DNA of 64,000 bases, from the NCBI RefSeq assembly GCF_009914755.1, contig NC_060927.1; one strand, 5' to 3'. Under the pieces are notes generated by a model that made no database searches, was not told the origin of the DNA, and saw only the letters and a program-made list of their open reading frames with translations. A program made the translations under genes and the position numbers. Shown here in pieces: positions 1 to 12,307 of the stretch. The number at the start of each line of letters is the position of its first letter. Position 1 is the stretch's first letter. This DNA comes from the human T2T-CHM13v2.0 reference genome, Homo sapiens.

Positions 1-60
1 TATGTCCTAGTTTTGTTTTTTCTCTCCAACCAGGTAAGTGCCTTAAGAATGAGAAGCATC

Positions 61-365
<305 letters not shown>

Positions 366-959
366 TTATCCAGACAAGTGTCTCAAAAAGCTTCTTAATT
401 TAATTTAATTCCTCATTCATTCATTTTAGCATTTACTACGTTTTTAACTATATAAATACAAGGAAGAAAATTGAAATGAACATGATCCCATCTAAATAAT
501 CATGGGGAAAGTTCAAACAATAGGTACAAAATAAAATGACAAACTTTCCCACCTCCCCCACTCATTCTCACCAATGATAATAATGCCCAGACCACTTACC
601 TCCCTCACCTAAAAAAGTATATATCTAGCCATGTTCTTTAATCTTTTCTAGAGAATGCCAGCTTGCTCCTCAGCTTTCTAAAGTATGTGCATATACCTTC
701 CACAGTGACTCCAAACAAATATTCCAAGGTCTCATTGGACAAGACAACAATCCTAAATTCTCTAGGTCCTTGGAAATTTTATCAAATAAAATGATATTTA
801 TTTGGAGGAGGTAAAATTTATTATGATCTTTAAATAATCGTAATTTCTATACTTACATCAGGAAAGACATGAGATGGGTACAGATTCGAACATATTTATT
901 TCTTTAGCCATTCACTCAATCATCTTTATTTGGTTGCTCTGTGAATCTAGGATGTGAAA

Positions 960-1630
960 ATCAATGGTCACTAACATCATAAAAAGAGAGACAACCAGGC
1001 ATTGTGCTACCTCCTGACAAAAGTACACAATACTGCCTATGAAGTAACCTTCCCAAGAAGTCAAACCTGAATCTAGTTAAGGTAATCTGAATCAGATCAC
1101 CAATTTAGAGAAAATATAAATGCTAAAGCAATACATTTAACACACCGCAGGAATACAATCAACAAAATCCAATCTGTTGGAAACACCATAAAGCAAATAA
1201 TTTGGTTTCTACAATAAATAAATTGATGGCAATAAAGAGATGAGTGAGAGTCTACATATTAAAAAGACACAAAATAATAGCAACAAATCCAATTCATGAA
1301 CTTGATTTTGAAGCAAACAAACTGTAAAATAAGTGAGACAAGGACATTAGAACATTGGCTATTACTTGATGATCTTTAAGAAAATGTTTAGTTGTAGTTA
1401 TGATTTTTCCCAAAGTGCTGCTTTTCCTTAGCAATACATACTGAAATACTTATATAAAATGATATGATGTCTGGAATTTGTTTCCAAACACTTCAAGGGG
1501 AAGGAGGAAGTAAATAGAATGAGATTGGTCATGAGTTATAAATAGTTAAAACTAAGTGACAGCTACATGGCAGTTAATACTATCCTATTTTTGTATATTT
1601 TTGAAATTTTCTACAATAAAAAGTTAAAAC
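960..1630 (+). mobile_element. Ancient L1M (L1MC/ME-type) 3' end
   Basis: Resembles old L1 3' UTR (AAATGATATGATGTCTGGAATTTG ... TTTGAAATTTTCTACAATAAAAAGTTAAAA). Confidence 0.65.
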
Positions 1631-1926
1631 AAAAGGAGCATACATAAACTATTGCACTGAAATAGTCACAGATCAAATAAAAATTGAAAGTTAAACTCTT
1701 AAAACAGTTATTTTGCTATAATATGCTATGTAGTTATTTTTTACCCCAAAGGTACCTTTTAGAACTTAGACCAACGAAGTTGGGTACAGTCTGTTTTTAA
1801 AAACTAAATAAATCTTTATAGACTTTATAAATCTTTATAGAATTTATTCTAGCTTTCCATACATTCTTTTTTTTTTCTCTCAGTTCACATTAGTGGGACA
1901 TTAGAAAGAGACAATCAAAAGAATTT

Positions 1927-2212
1927 GGGGGTGCGGTGGCTCACACCTGTAATCCCAGCACTTTGGGAGGCTGAGGCAGGTGGATCACAAGGTCAGGAAT
2001 TCGAGACCAGCCTGGCCAACATGGTGAAACCCTGTCTCTACTAAAAAAATACAAAAATTAGCCTGGGATGGTGGCATGTGCCTGTAATCCCAGGTACTCG
2101 GGAGGCCGAGGCAAGGAGAATTGCTTGAACCCAGGAGGCAGAGGTTGCAGTGAGCCGAGATCATGCCACTGCACTCCAGCCTGAGCGACAGAGAGAGAGT
2201 CCGTCAAAAAAA
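1927..2212 (+). mobile_element. Alu (AluS-like)
   Basis: Both monomers and A-rich linker present; tail expanded into a microsatellite. Confidence 0.95.
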
Positions 2213-2216
2213 CAAA

Positions 2217-2268
<52 letters not shown>

Positions 2269-2421
2269 GAAAGAAAGAAGGAAAGAAGGAAGGAAGGAAG
2301 GAAGGAAGGAAGGAAGGAAGGAAGGAAGGAAGGAAGGAAGGAAGGAAGGAAAGAGAGAAAGAAAGAGAAAGAAAGAAAAAGAAAGAAAGAAAGAAAGAAA
2401 GAAAGGAAGGAAGGGAGAGAG
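2207..2421 (+). repeat. Compound purine microsatellite (GAAA)n-(GGAA)16-(GAAA)n grown from an Alu tail
   Basis: Directly visible; uninterrupted GGAA run 2288-2351. Confidence 0.97.
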
Positions 2422-3224
2422 ATTTGAGGCTAATCAGGGATAATGGCAAGAAACCAAGAATTCTGAAGAGTAGGTGTTAAAGGAGGTTTGAGATAAAGCT
2501 GAAATAACTTTAGCAATTTATGTAGATGATACAATGAAGCTAAGAATAGGGAATGTGTGTGTAATGGAGTCAGGTTAATTAGAAGGAGGAAAATGATTTC
2601 AGAGGAGCACACTGAGTTCAAAATTGGAAACGAAACTAAAGGAAGCCAAAATGTAGACATTTTAGGAGAAGAAAATTCTGAGGGAAAAAATCAAATGTTA
2701 AGGGTATTAGAAATTTTGAAAGATGAAGAGAAGAAAAATGCCAAGCTGTCCTGTAAATACAAAGGTTTGAAGGATGACTTATGGGCAGACAGCACCTATT
2801 TCAGAACTCTTCAGGCTGAGGGTGGAAGAGAGGGTCGAAATGCCATTGTATGAAAGGCTGACCTCTCTGGGGTCTAGACACATTTGAAAAACTCAGTCCC
2901 TCTATGGCAGCACATGCTCTACCAATGGAGGATAATAATTCCACAAAACATAATTCAATCACCTTCTGAACCTTCAAATTGCATGTTGCAGCTAATAGAA
3001 GTATTGATTCAATTGTCAGAGTCACTGTGCAATTTTTCATTGTACAGGAGCCTAGACGGAGAGAAGTCTACAGCAGAGCAAAAATGGATAATGCACATTT
3101 TTTCTTTATTGCATCATGAATGAAGGAAAAAAATTCCTGCTTCTCCCACTTCCACTCATGCAGACCCAAAAACACTCAACATAGACTCAGCCATATTCTC
3201 ACCACATCAGTTCTAGATATTGAG

Positions 3225-3420
3225 GCTACACAGTTCAAAGTGTATGGTCTTTGACTTCAGGCAGACCTCAAATCCTGTCCTATCCCTGCCACTCACTAGC
3301 TGCATTATTGAAATCATAATCCTTAACTTCTCACCTACTCCATATGGTAGGTATAAGGATTAAATAAGATAAAAGTTACAAAGTACTTAGCCTAGATTCT
3401 GGCACATACTAATCGGTAGT
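3225..3420 (+). mobile_element. MIR SINE remnant
   Basis: CTGCCACTCACTAGCTG ... AAGGATTAAATAAGATAA ... CTGGCACATA matches the MIR core and 3' end. Confidence 0.65.
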
Positions 3421-4143
3421 GGTGACTATTCTTCCTAGGCTGCTATAAGAGGAAGAATCTCTGATTAGGCTCAGAAACATGGTGAAGGGTTGCTAGGAGA
3501 ACTTGAAGAACTGCAGCTATTGAAGCCAGTGGTATATATCTCAGCAACCTCCAATGTCCCTCTGTGGGTGACACCAAGCATACTGCTTGAGGAGATCCCA
3601 CCTAGAGATAATATTAACCACACATTCAAAAGAAACTTGCCTATATGGTGTGATTTGGGGAAAACTCAGACTGTTCTCCAGTTAGTCTGCCATAATGCCT
3701 AAAATTCTCTCATCAAGGACAAATTCCTTTGGGGAAAAGATCCAATAAAAGATGATGAACTTTTCTAAAATATTAATCATAATGCATATTATATATTTAT
3801 TTTTAATCCCCAGCCCTATCATAGTGTCAGACAAAGAGTAGGTGGTTAATAAATTACTCTTAAAATTTCACTGGATAAATGTATATCACAAATATACTAT
3901 TCCTCCAACACTGTGCAAGGCTTTGGGGAGGCAATAGGGAACAAAATAGATGAAGTTATTGCCTTTACTGAGCTTCTGATCTAGTGAATAAATGAATTAA
4001 TTCATTAGTGAAGTAACAATAGAATTGTTTAGATGCTTAGACCATACGACCTTAAATTTTTGCTAATGTTTTACAATATTAATTGATTTACCTCCCACTG
4101 TAATTTGTCACAATTGTATTAACTACTCTAAAATGCATAGCAG

Positions 4144-4498
<355 letters not shown>

Positions 4499-6619
4499 TT
4501 AAAATGCATTTTAAAATGTCTAACACTCGCCTCGTTCCAAGCCAGTCTTATTCTATTCAGACAACTGCTTCACAAAGTAAGCCAAATGTGGTTATGTTCA
4601 GATGCCCTGAAGGATTATTTTCCAATTTGGGGATATGCTCTTCTCGAGGACACATTGATGACTGAGTTGCCTAAGCTGGACTTGAAGAAAAGAGAAGAAA
4701 AGGCTTAAGCAGAGATAATAAAAATTATTCTGAAACATAAATTGGGTATTACCTTCCCCAAAACCATTGAAAAAATTAAAGCCAAAAGAAGAGGGCACTC
4801 TGTAGGGAAAAACTGGGAAAGCTAATGAAGTAGACCAAAAGACTAAGGGTGTCATTAATGCAAAACAATGCATTGTTTAGAGTACACCCAAGGTTATCTA
4901 ATTTTGTGAAGTTTGTGCTTTTCATTGTCTTCAGCTATTTTATAATTCTGTAAAGGTAGACATTAACCTGCAGAAAACTGATAGCAATGCAAATAATTCT
5001 TGGTTAGAGGCATGCAAATAAACTCTGTCCAGTGGAAATTCAGTTGACTTCCCTCTCCCACTGTTGAAGAAGGTAGTTTTGCATCTACTAAGCAAATTTA
5101 AATCAGCCTTTCTGATGAGCTTGTGTATTAGTTGGCTGTCAAAATTCTCCTTTGTAGCAACCAGTTTTAACAACTTTTCCAGTTCCTTCACTAATCAGTG
5201 AGTGAAATAAAATTTTTGACATGTATCTATTTCATTTGTATAAGTCATGATTATATCCTCTTTTAACATTTATCCTTTACCAATAGTGTGCAAACCAAGT
5301 GAAATATCCCCACTGTAGTCTTTATAACTCCTTCCTCTTAAAAGAAATCAAGACTGAGACAAGTTGATCCATAGAAAGTGCTATTTGATCTAATAAGATC
5401 AAATAGCATACATAGAAATACAATTCCTACGGACATGGATTTGATAAAGCAATCATTTTACCTTCCTGAAAGGGGTATGAAAGTGCATTTCAGAAGTCCT
5501 GGAGGATTTATACCTTGCCCACAGTGGAAGAAAATAATTATATTAGCCTCAAACCATCACCACAGGCTCATTTCAAATAACTATGAGGAACTACAGCCAT
5601 ATAAGCCAGTAGGTACTTAGTATTGTATAGATCTATTTAGAGATGATCATTTAGAGAAATGAATCAATTTTATTAGTTTGCAGACAGGAATTTCAGCTCA
5701 CCAAAAATTATGCCCATATCTAAGTGTACTTTCCTTACTTCTAGAAGTTAGCAGTGCCCACATTCTCATCACATAATAAAGTCATTCTAAAAGTGGAACA
5801 GCATTTCTTTTTTTAATGTGTTCATAACATGTGATTTGCTAAATCTAAAATAATTTATGTTGCTGCTAAATTCCCATTATTGTGTCATTATTCATGGGTT
5901 GGTTATTGCAAAACTTGGACTTGGCTAATGATTTGAGACTGACCATGTGACAGGTCAGAGGCAGTGACTCTACACAAGAAACAACATGTGATGAGGCCCA
6001 AAGACACATGTTCTCTGAATGAACGCAATATACTCAAGTTATGTTAAACTCAGGTCAGACTTTTAGAAATTGACTTTTGCAAATATAAAGCATATAATTC
6101 CCATAAGATGCTCCTCTTATAGGTCTGAAGATTCAAAATGTTATGAATGAAGAAATAAACATGAATGTACACAGAGATGTGGAATTTGTAATTCATTAAC
6201 AACCATACTTTTCTTATTATATTCACTAGAAGAAAAGCTTCACCAAGGGCCTAGAAACCCAACTCACTACAGTCTACAATGAATTCTTCATCTACGTAAT
6301 GAGAAATTTTATCAAATGACTTCTAAGACCCTTTTAAGCATGTAGAAAGTACATATTTTTAAGTTTTTTCATACTTTGCAGTTTTTCATAAAACTTCAAC
6401 ACAAGCGAAAATTTTTAGACAGTGGATTTTGAATAAACAAAATAAACTTTTGAATTCAAACCCACCCAGGAAGATTTAGAATTAAAAGTAAGATTAGTTT
6501 ATTATTTAAATGATTTTTTAAATCAGGCACAATCAAGATAAATGATAGAAATCTTAGTAAAGCCCTCTGGAGCCTGACTAAAGGAGGCAGCAAACAACTT
6601 TGGCACAAATGTGCTAAAA

Positions 6620-6880
6620 GATGGATTGAGGAAGATGTGAGCTCAGTCAGTGTTAGACAGGCCAAGTCTAAGGTGGAAATTAAACCAGGTATGTGAAAAT
6701 GTAGACCTGGAGCTCATGAGAGATGTCAGGGCAGGACATATAAAATTGATCTCTAAAGCCATAAAACAGTGAACAGAGGCAGACAAGCCATCCAAGAATT
6801 TCAGAGAAGGACTGAGAAAAGAAGAAGGAAAAAACAACTGTACATTTCTCCAAAGCCAAGAAAGAGAGCAAAGATTCAAG
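6620..6880 (-). mobile_element. L2 LINE fragment
   Basis: CTGGAGCTCATGAGAGATGTCAGGGCAGGACATATAAAATTG resembles antisense L2. Confidence 0.5.
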
Positions 6881-9249
6881 CACCATGAAAGATAAAAGCA
6901 GAGCTCTATTCATGCTCCACCAAATTCAGCAGGAGGCTCCAAAAATTATGGAATAATGGATATTTTCCATTAGCAAAAAAAAAAAAAAAAAAAAGTGCTA
7001 CTATGGTCCTTGCTTCCTGAAAGTTAAAGATAGTAATTCTGTATTTTCACTCAGAATCAGAATGTGTAATAAATTTTTCTAGATTGGACACATATATGTG
7101 AACACTTGTACCTTCCTACTGTACAAGATCAACCTGAGAGCACCTGGAAAAAAAAAGTGTTCTTTCTCTCTTTTATTGATTTTTTTAAGGAGATGATTTT
7201 AATCAGAAAATACAAAATTGAGATTAAGATTTAGCATGCTGCAAAAACTAGGCATCTACAGTCATTAGTGTTGAAAAACAAGATCTTTATGAAACAAATA
7301 TGATGTATTTTATATAATATCTATAAAATATAAAAGACTACAGATTCATTCAAGGCTAGTAAATAATGAAAGAAAACTAATCACATGCAAATGTTAAAAG
7401 AGTCAGAGACAATCATGAAAAACCGTGATGGTAGTTGTATTTAGGGAGGGGTGAGAAGCAGGTTTTTAAAAGATAAAATGCAAAGGCTTCTTCTGTACAG
7501 TTTGGTAGCACAGAGAGGTGGTTAGTAGCCCTGAAGAAAATAAAATCCCAGGGTTTAGACAGGCTACCTGAAGATTTTACAGAGCATTATTTAAACAGAC
7601 GGCAAGCGCTGTTGCTGCTTAGCTGCTGTTTATTCCTAGAATCTTCTTCCCCTAGCCAGGTCACCATACGATCCAAGCAGTGCTTCCTTGCACATAATTA
7701 TTCTCAAGGCAACTACACAACAGAGAGCTGGAAATGAGTCTCGGTTGAATAGCATTCTCTTGATTTGACTAACGCCCCTTTGCATCTATCTGCACACCCT
7801 CCTGTAACATTTGCAGGCACTGAATTGTGCCAAAGAGTTTTGACAAAGCTTCAGGTGCGGTCAGTAGCTTTTCCTTTCTTTCTTTTTAGATTGGGAGGGA
7901 TGGGGGATAAGAGGTGGGGAGATGTGCTGGGGTGCCACAAGTACCACTGTGAGCCTTAGAATGTTTCCCAAGTAGAAAAGAAGTAAACATCATTAGAGAA
8001 AGGATTTCTAAACCCGTTGTGCCTGTTAAAAAGACATACAAAGAAAGACCCATGAGGGCAAAAATAACAAACCAGCTCTCAATTCATTTTCCAAATCCTT
8101 CCAAGGGTTTAAAATAGTTAAACCAAGGCCCCAGCACATCTTTAACTACCGAACAACACATTCCTTTTCTACTTTTTATGACTCCTCACACAATTTATAT
8201 TCCTGCTAAGAACCCTGTCTGGCTTCTTCCCCAAACCCATGCCGTACAGGAGCCTGGCTCCATGCAGCCCTCAGGGTCCAGGCTGTGGGAATGCAGGAAG
8301 GTGGGGCTGTTGTAACAAGGTCCTGCCAGTGGAGAGAGCCCTTTGGCCAAGAGCACTGTAGGAAGTGCATTGTATGAATTCTGTCTTGTCTTGACACCCT
8401 TGTGTGATCCTTAACAATATCAGAATTTCATTAATATGAATATAAAATACATGCTCTTTTAAAACACTAATAATGTATTAGAATTTAAGGCAATATAGTG
8501 CCACAACATTGAGAGGAAAAAGCAAATCTATATGACACTCCAGCAGAGTAAATATTGAATACCAGCACGGTATAATTTAAAGGCAAATACTGATTGTGGT
8601 TTCACCAACAACCAATCATCTTACAGACTACTTCATACCAACAAAGCTTAGGGTGTATCTAAGCATATGGCAGCAGCACTAAGAAATATCGTCCCTGTTC
8701 TACATCGTCATTGCCCTAGGCAACAGATGACATCCCACACTTCCATGTCTGCTCCCAATTCTTGCTAAAACCACTTTATCACAGCATCTCTTGTACAAGT
8801 CCCTTTCCTACGTACTCATTCGTTGGATCCTTGTCCAATTGGGAACACAGTTTATTATAGAGGGAAAAAAACCATGTTGTAAAGTCAGAAAGCCAAAGAT
8901 TCAAATCTCAATTCTACCACTTAGAAGATCTGCTGCTTACCTTCTCAGATGGCATTATCTGTCACATGTTCTCTTAAAAAGTCAAAGCTCGGGGATTCTG
9001 GGATGAGCAGGGGACAGATTTCCTGGTGACTCAGTCACTGTCTCTATTCTCCAGGTGGTGACGATCTGAGCCTCATCCGTACCCTCCATTTTGGTTCTTG
9101 TTAAGGGGCTACTCACTCTATGCTACAGAGGCTTCCCAGCAGTCATGTGCAATCAAAAATAAAAACAATAAATTTCTTATTAATAGCATTCTATTTGGCC
9201 CTAAATTATAAACTGAAGAAATGGCTGGCCTCTGTTCTGCTGTCAAATA

Positions 9250-9490
9250 ATAATACCACTATTTGCACAGTGCTTATTATATGCCAAGAACTTTACACAC
9301 AGTATCTCATTTCATCCTAACAAGAACTCTATGGAATAGGTGCTATTCCTCATCATTCTGCAGATGAGGAAATTTGGGCACTGTGAGTTTGCATAACTTG
9401 CCTATGTTAAAAAGCTATCCAGTGGCTGGACCTAGATTCAAATGCAGGTAATCCCTACCCTGAGCCTGATTTTTTAACCACTACCCTCTA
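9250..9490 (-). mobile_element. MIR SINE
   Basis: ATCTCATTTCATCCTAACAA ... TTCTGCAGATGAGGAAA ... TAACTTGCC ... GATTCAAA, antisense MIR. Confidence 0.8.
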
Positions 9491-9793
9491 CTAACTCAAA
9501 GTAGTAGTACTGGGCTAACTGAGAAGAAATGCCTTCTCACTGTTCACAGTAAGAAACGGAAAGAATGGGGAAAAAATAAGAGAAGAGCACAGTAAGAGAA
9601 AAACATTTTATCAAGAAGACTTACTTAAGAACAGGCATTATGAAAAGATCAGCATGGTAATACAGGGAGACAAAGCATAAAGCATTAACAGCTAAAGAGA
9701 GAACACATCTCCATAATTTTATAATTGTCAATGTGTGATAATCTTCCAAGTTTTATGACAGTGCTTATCAGAGTGTACTATAACTATTGCTTT

Positions 9794-10046
9794 TCACGTT
9801 TATTTCCCTCTTATACTGAGAATGTGGTCAGAGTCCTATTCATCCTTGTACCTGCAGAGCTTAGCCCCACGACTGGCACCCAGCAGACAATCAAATAGTG
9901 TTGGATGAATGAGTGAATTGAATGCTGAAAACTCAAGTTAATGTTTATGGGTGCCAAACATTTAAGGATTTTTAGGGAAAGAAGCAAACCACTGAGGCCT
10001 GAAGCAGTAAAGTGCCTTAAGGAAGAAGATCTTTACCTGGATCATG
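9794..10046 (+). repeat. Local direct duplication, copy 1 (~253 bp; includes an L2 3' end remnant)
   Basis: Aligns by eye with 10999-11252 with about 10 differences. Confidence 0.95.
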
Positions 10047-10998
10047 CAGAATGAGTGGGATTTTAACTTCAGCTAAGGACTGATTGAAAGATGACAGGGT
10101 GTTGTTTTAACGGCATTCCAGCTTTTCTTGACTAAACTTGCCAATTCTAGGAGCCAATACTTAGAAATGCAATATTGTTTTCTTTTATGAGCTAGGTTGA
10201 ATAATCCTGGGACCAAAAGCTGTAAATAAAAGATAGTACATTTTGGCAAACTCTAAAAAAGAAAGGTGCTAAAGTAAAACTAATTAGAAAGTGTATGCCA
10301 AGAAAAAAATCACGACTCTGTTTTTCAAGAATTGTCTCTTCATATAATTGCCTATGGACTTTCTATTATCCGGTAGGAATACTGCAATATTCCAACAGCC
10401 TAATTTAGATTTCTCACCACTCCCTAATTCTAACATGTGTTTAAAGAGTTTCATGGTCTTCTGATTATTACTTTAAAAACATATTATCATAAAGAATACA
10501 CAGTGATGTTGCTTTGGCACCAACATACATTTTCAGAATTACTCTTACTGAAGGATATTGAGATTATAACAGAAGATAATTTATTTCAACCTAACAGGCA
10601 TACTCAGAACAAGCCATCACTCTTCTGTATTTCTAATACATCATTTTCCTCATTAGATTTTGCTAGTACAACCTTTCCACCCATACGCATTCTTCAATGA
10701 CATAAGTTTACATTCAATTGATTGCTTATGGCAATCAATTCCTTAAAAGCTACTCTTGAGTTAGGAGCCTGAGTTTATATATGCATCATAGTTTTCAGAA
10801 AAAAAAAAACTGAGTTGTCATAATCATCCATGGACATAGAGTTAGAAAATTTAGGAACCAAATTGGAAGAGATAAGGTAGAAATGTATTATAATTGTTTT
10901 ATACCTTTATTAACATAGATGGAATCATCATTTTCAGTGCCAAAATTTGGGGTGTCTTAATGATCATCCATTATTTCATTCCATAACATTTATTTCCA

Positions 10999-11252
10999 TC
11001 ACGTTTATTTCCCTCTTATACTGAGAATGTGGTCAGAGTCCTACTCAGCCTTGTACCTGCAGAGCTTAGCCCCATGACTGGCACCCAGCAGACAATCAAA
11101 TAGTGTTGGATGTACGAGTGAATTGAATGCTGAAAACTCAAGTTAAATGTTTATGAGTGCCAAACATTTAAGGATTTTTAGGGAAAGAAGCAAACCACAG
11201 AAGCCTGAAGCAGTAAAGTGCCTTAAGGAAGAAGATCTTTACCTGGAACATG
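10999..11252 (+). repeat. Local direct duplication, copy 2
   Basis: TCACGTTTATTTCCCTC...GATCTTTACCTGGA(A/T)CATG shared with 9794-10046. Confidence 0.95.
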
Positions 11253-11291
11253 TTTTAAAACATGTTGGGACTGTGATGCTGAATTAAACTA

Positions 11292-11880
11292 CAGCTGGGT
11301 TCTTTGTGTGTCATGGACAACATTGATATTTTGATGAAGTACGGGGATCCTTTGTGTATCAGTTTAGTATTGCTGCTGTAACAAAGTAGAACAAACTTAG
11401 TGGCTTAAAACAACAGGTAATTATAGTTCTGTAGGTCAGAAGTCTAGTACAGGTCACACCCAAATAAAATAAAAATGTGATTATAAAATAAAAATATAGT
11501 TAGTGAAAGAAATATTTAAGCAAATTCGTGGTTTAGTTATACGTCTGCATCTTCACTAATGGTTTAAATAATAAGATCAAGTGGTGAGTCTACTAACTAG
11601 TATATTTTTCAAAGGGTTAAGCACAAATGATATTTTAATTTATTAGAAAAAACTATAAATGTAATATGAAAATGTGTGTGAGTTCCATTGGTAACAATGT
11701 CACAGCTATTGCCAATACTATTGTGCTTTGTTGCTTATGCTTATAATTGAAAGACATGATAAATTTCAGTTTTAAATCAGTTAAAAAAAGAAAGATGTAT
11801 GTGCACCCTTCACCCCCAAAATCACACAACTCCTGAGTTTTTAAATCCTAAATTCCTGGTACAGAGATCCTAAAGTTCTG
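11292..11880. mobile_element. hAT-Charlie-type DNA transposon remnant, interrupted by an MLT1 LTR fragment (~11354-11460)
   Basis: TGTGTCATGGAC...; AAATAATAAGATCAAGTGGTGAGTCTACTAACTA; GGTAACAATGTCACAGCTATTGCCAATACTATTGTG; MLT piece GCTGCTGTAACAAA...AAACTTAGTGGCTTAAAACAACA. Confidence 0.55.
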
Positions 11881-12097
11881 AATTCATCTTTTTTTTTTCC
11901 AGTATATTTTAGTGCAAACTTCTAGGGCAGAGAATTTTAGATTGGGCCATATAAAATGAAAATCAGTGACTTTTTAAAAACCCATCTGAGAACGTAGGTC
12001 CCAGGGCAAACTGGAACCCAAAGCAAACTGGAACCCAAAGCCAAGATCATCTGGAGCAAAAGCCATTGGAACCACTAACTAGCAGCAACACTTAGAT

Positions 12098-12307
12098 CAA
12101 GCTTGTCCAACCCATGGCCCAACAGGCTACATGCAGCCCAGGATGGCTTTGCATGAGCCCCAACACAAATTTGTAAACTTTCTTAAAATATTTTTGCAAT
12201 TTTTTTTTTAAGCTCATCAGCTATCATTGGTGTATTTTATGTGTGGCCCAATACAATTCTTTTTCTCTCAATGTGGCCCAGGGAAGCCAAAAGCTTGGAC
12301 ATTCCTG
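12098..12307. mobile_element. MER30 (hAT-Charlie MITE)
   Basis: CAAGCTTGTCCAACCC ... GGGAAGCCAAAAGCTTGGACATTCCTG termini; perfect 8-bp TSD ACTTAGAT at 12090-12097 and 12308-12315. Confidence 0.9.

Noticed and set aside
2150-2480. Lys/Glu/Arg-rich and Phe/Leu/Ser-rich ORFs
   Set aside because: Translations of the GAAA/GGAA microsatellite
4940-5191. 83-aa minus ORF with a helical-looking start
   Set aside because: Non-ATG start, no splice signals, no recognisable homology
5983-6018. GTGATGA ... CTGA (C/D box-like) with an AACATGTG/CACATGTT stem
   Set aside because: Boxes only about 30 nt apart, too short for a snoRNA, and no terminal stem
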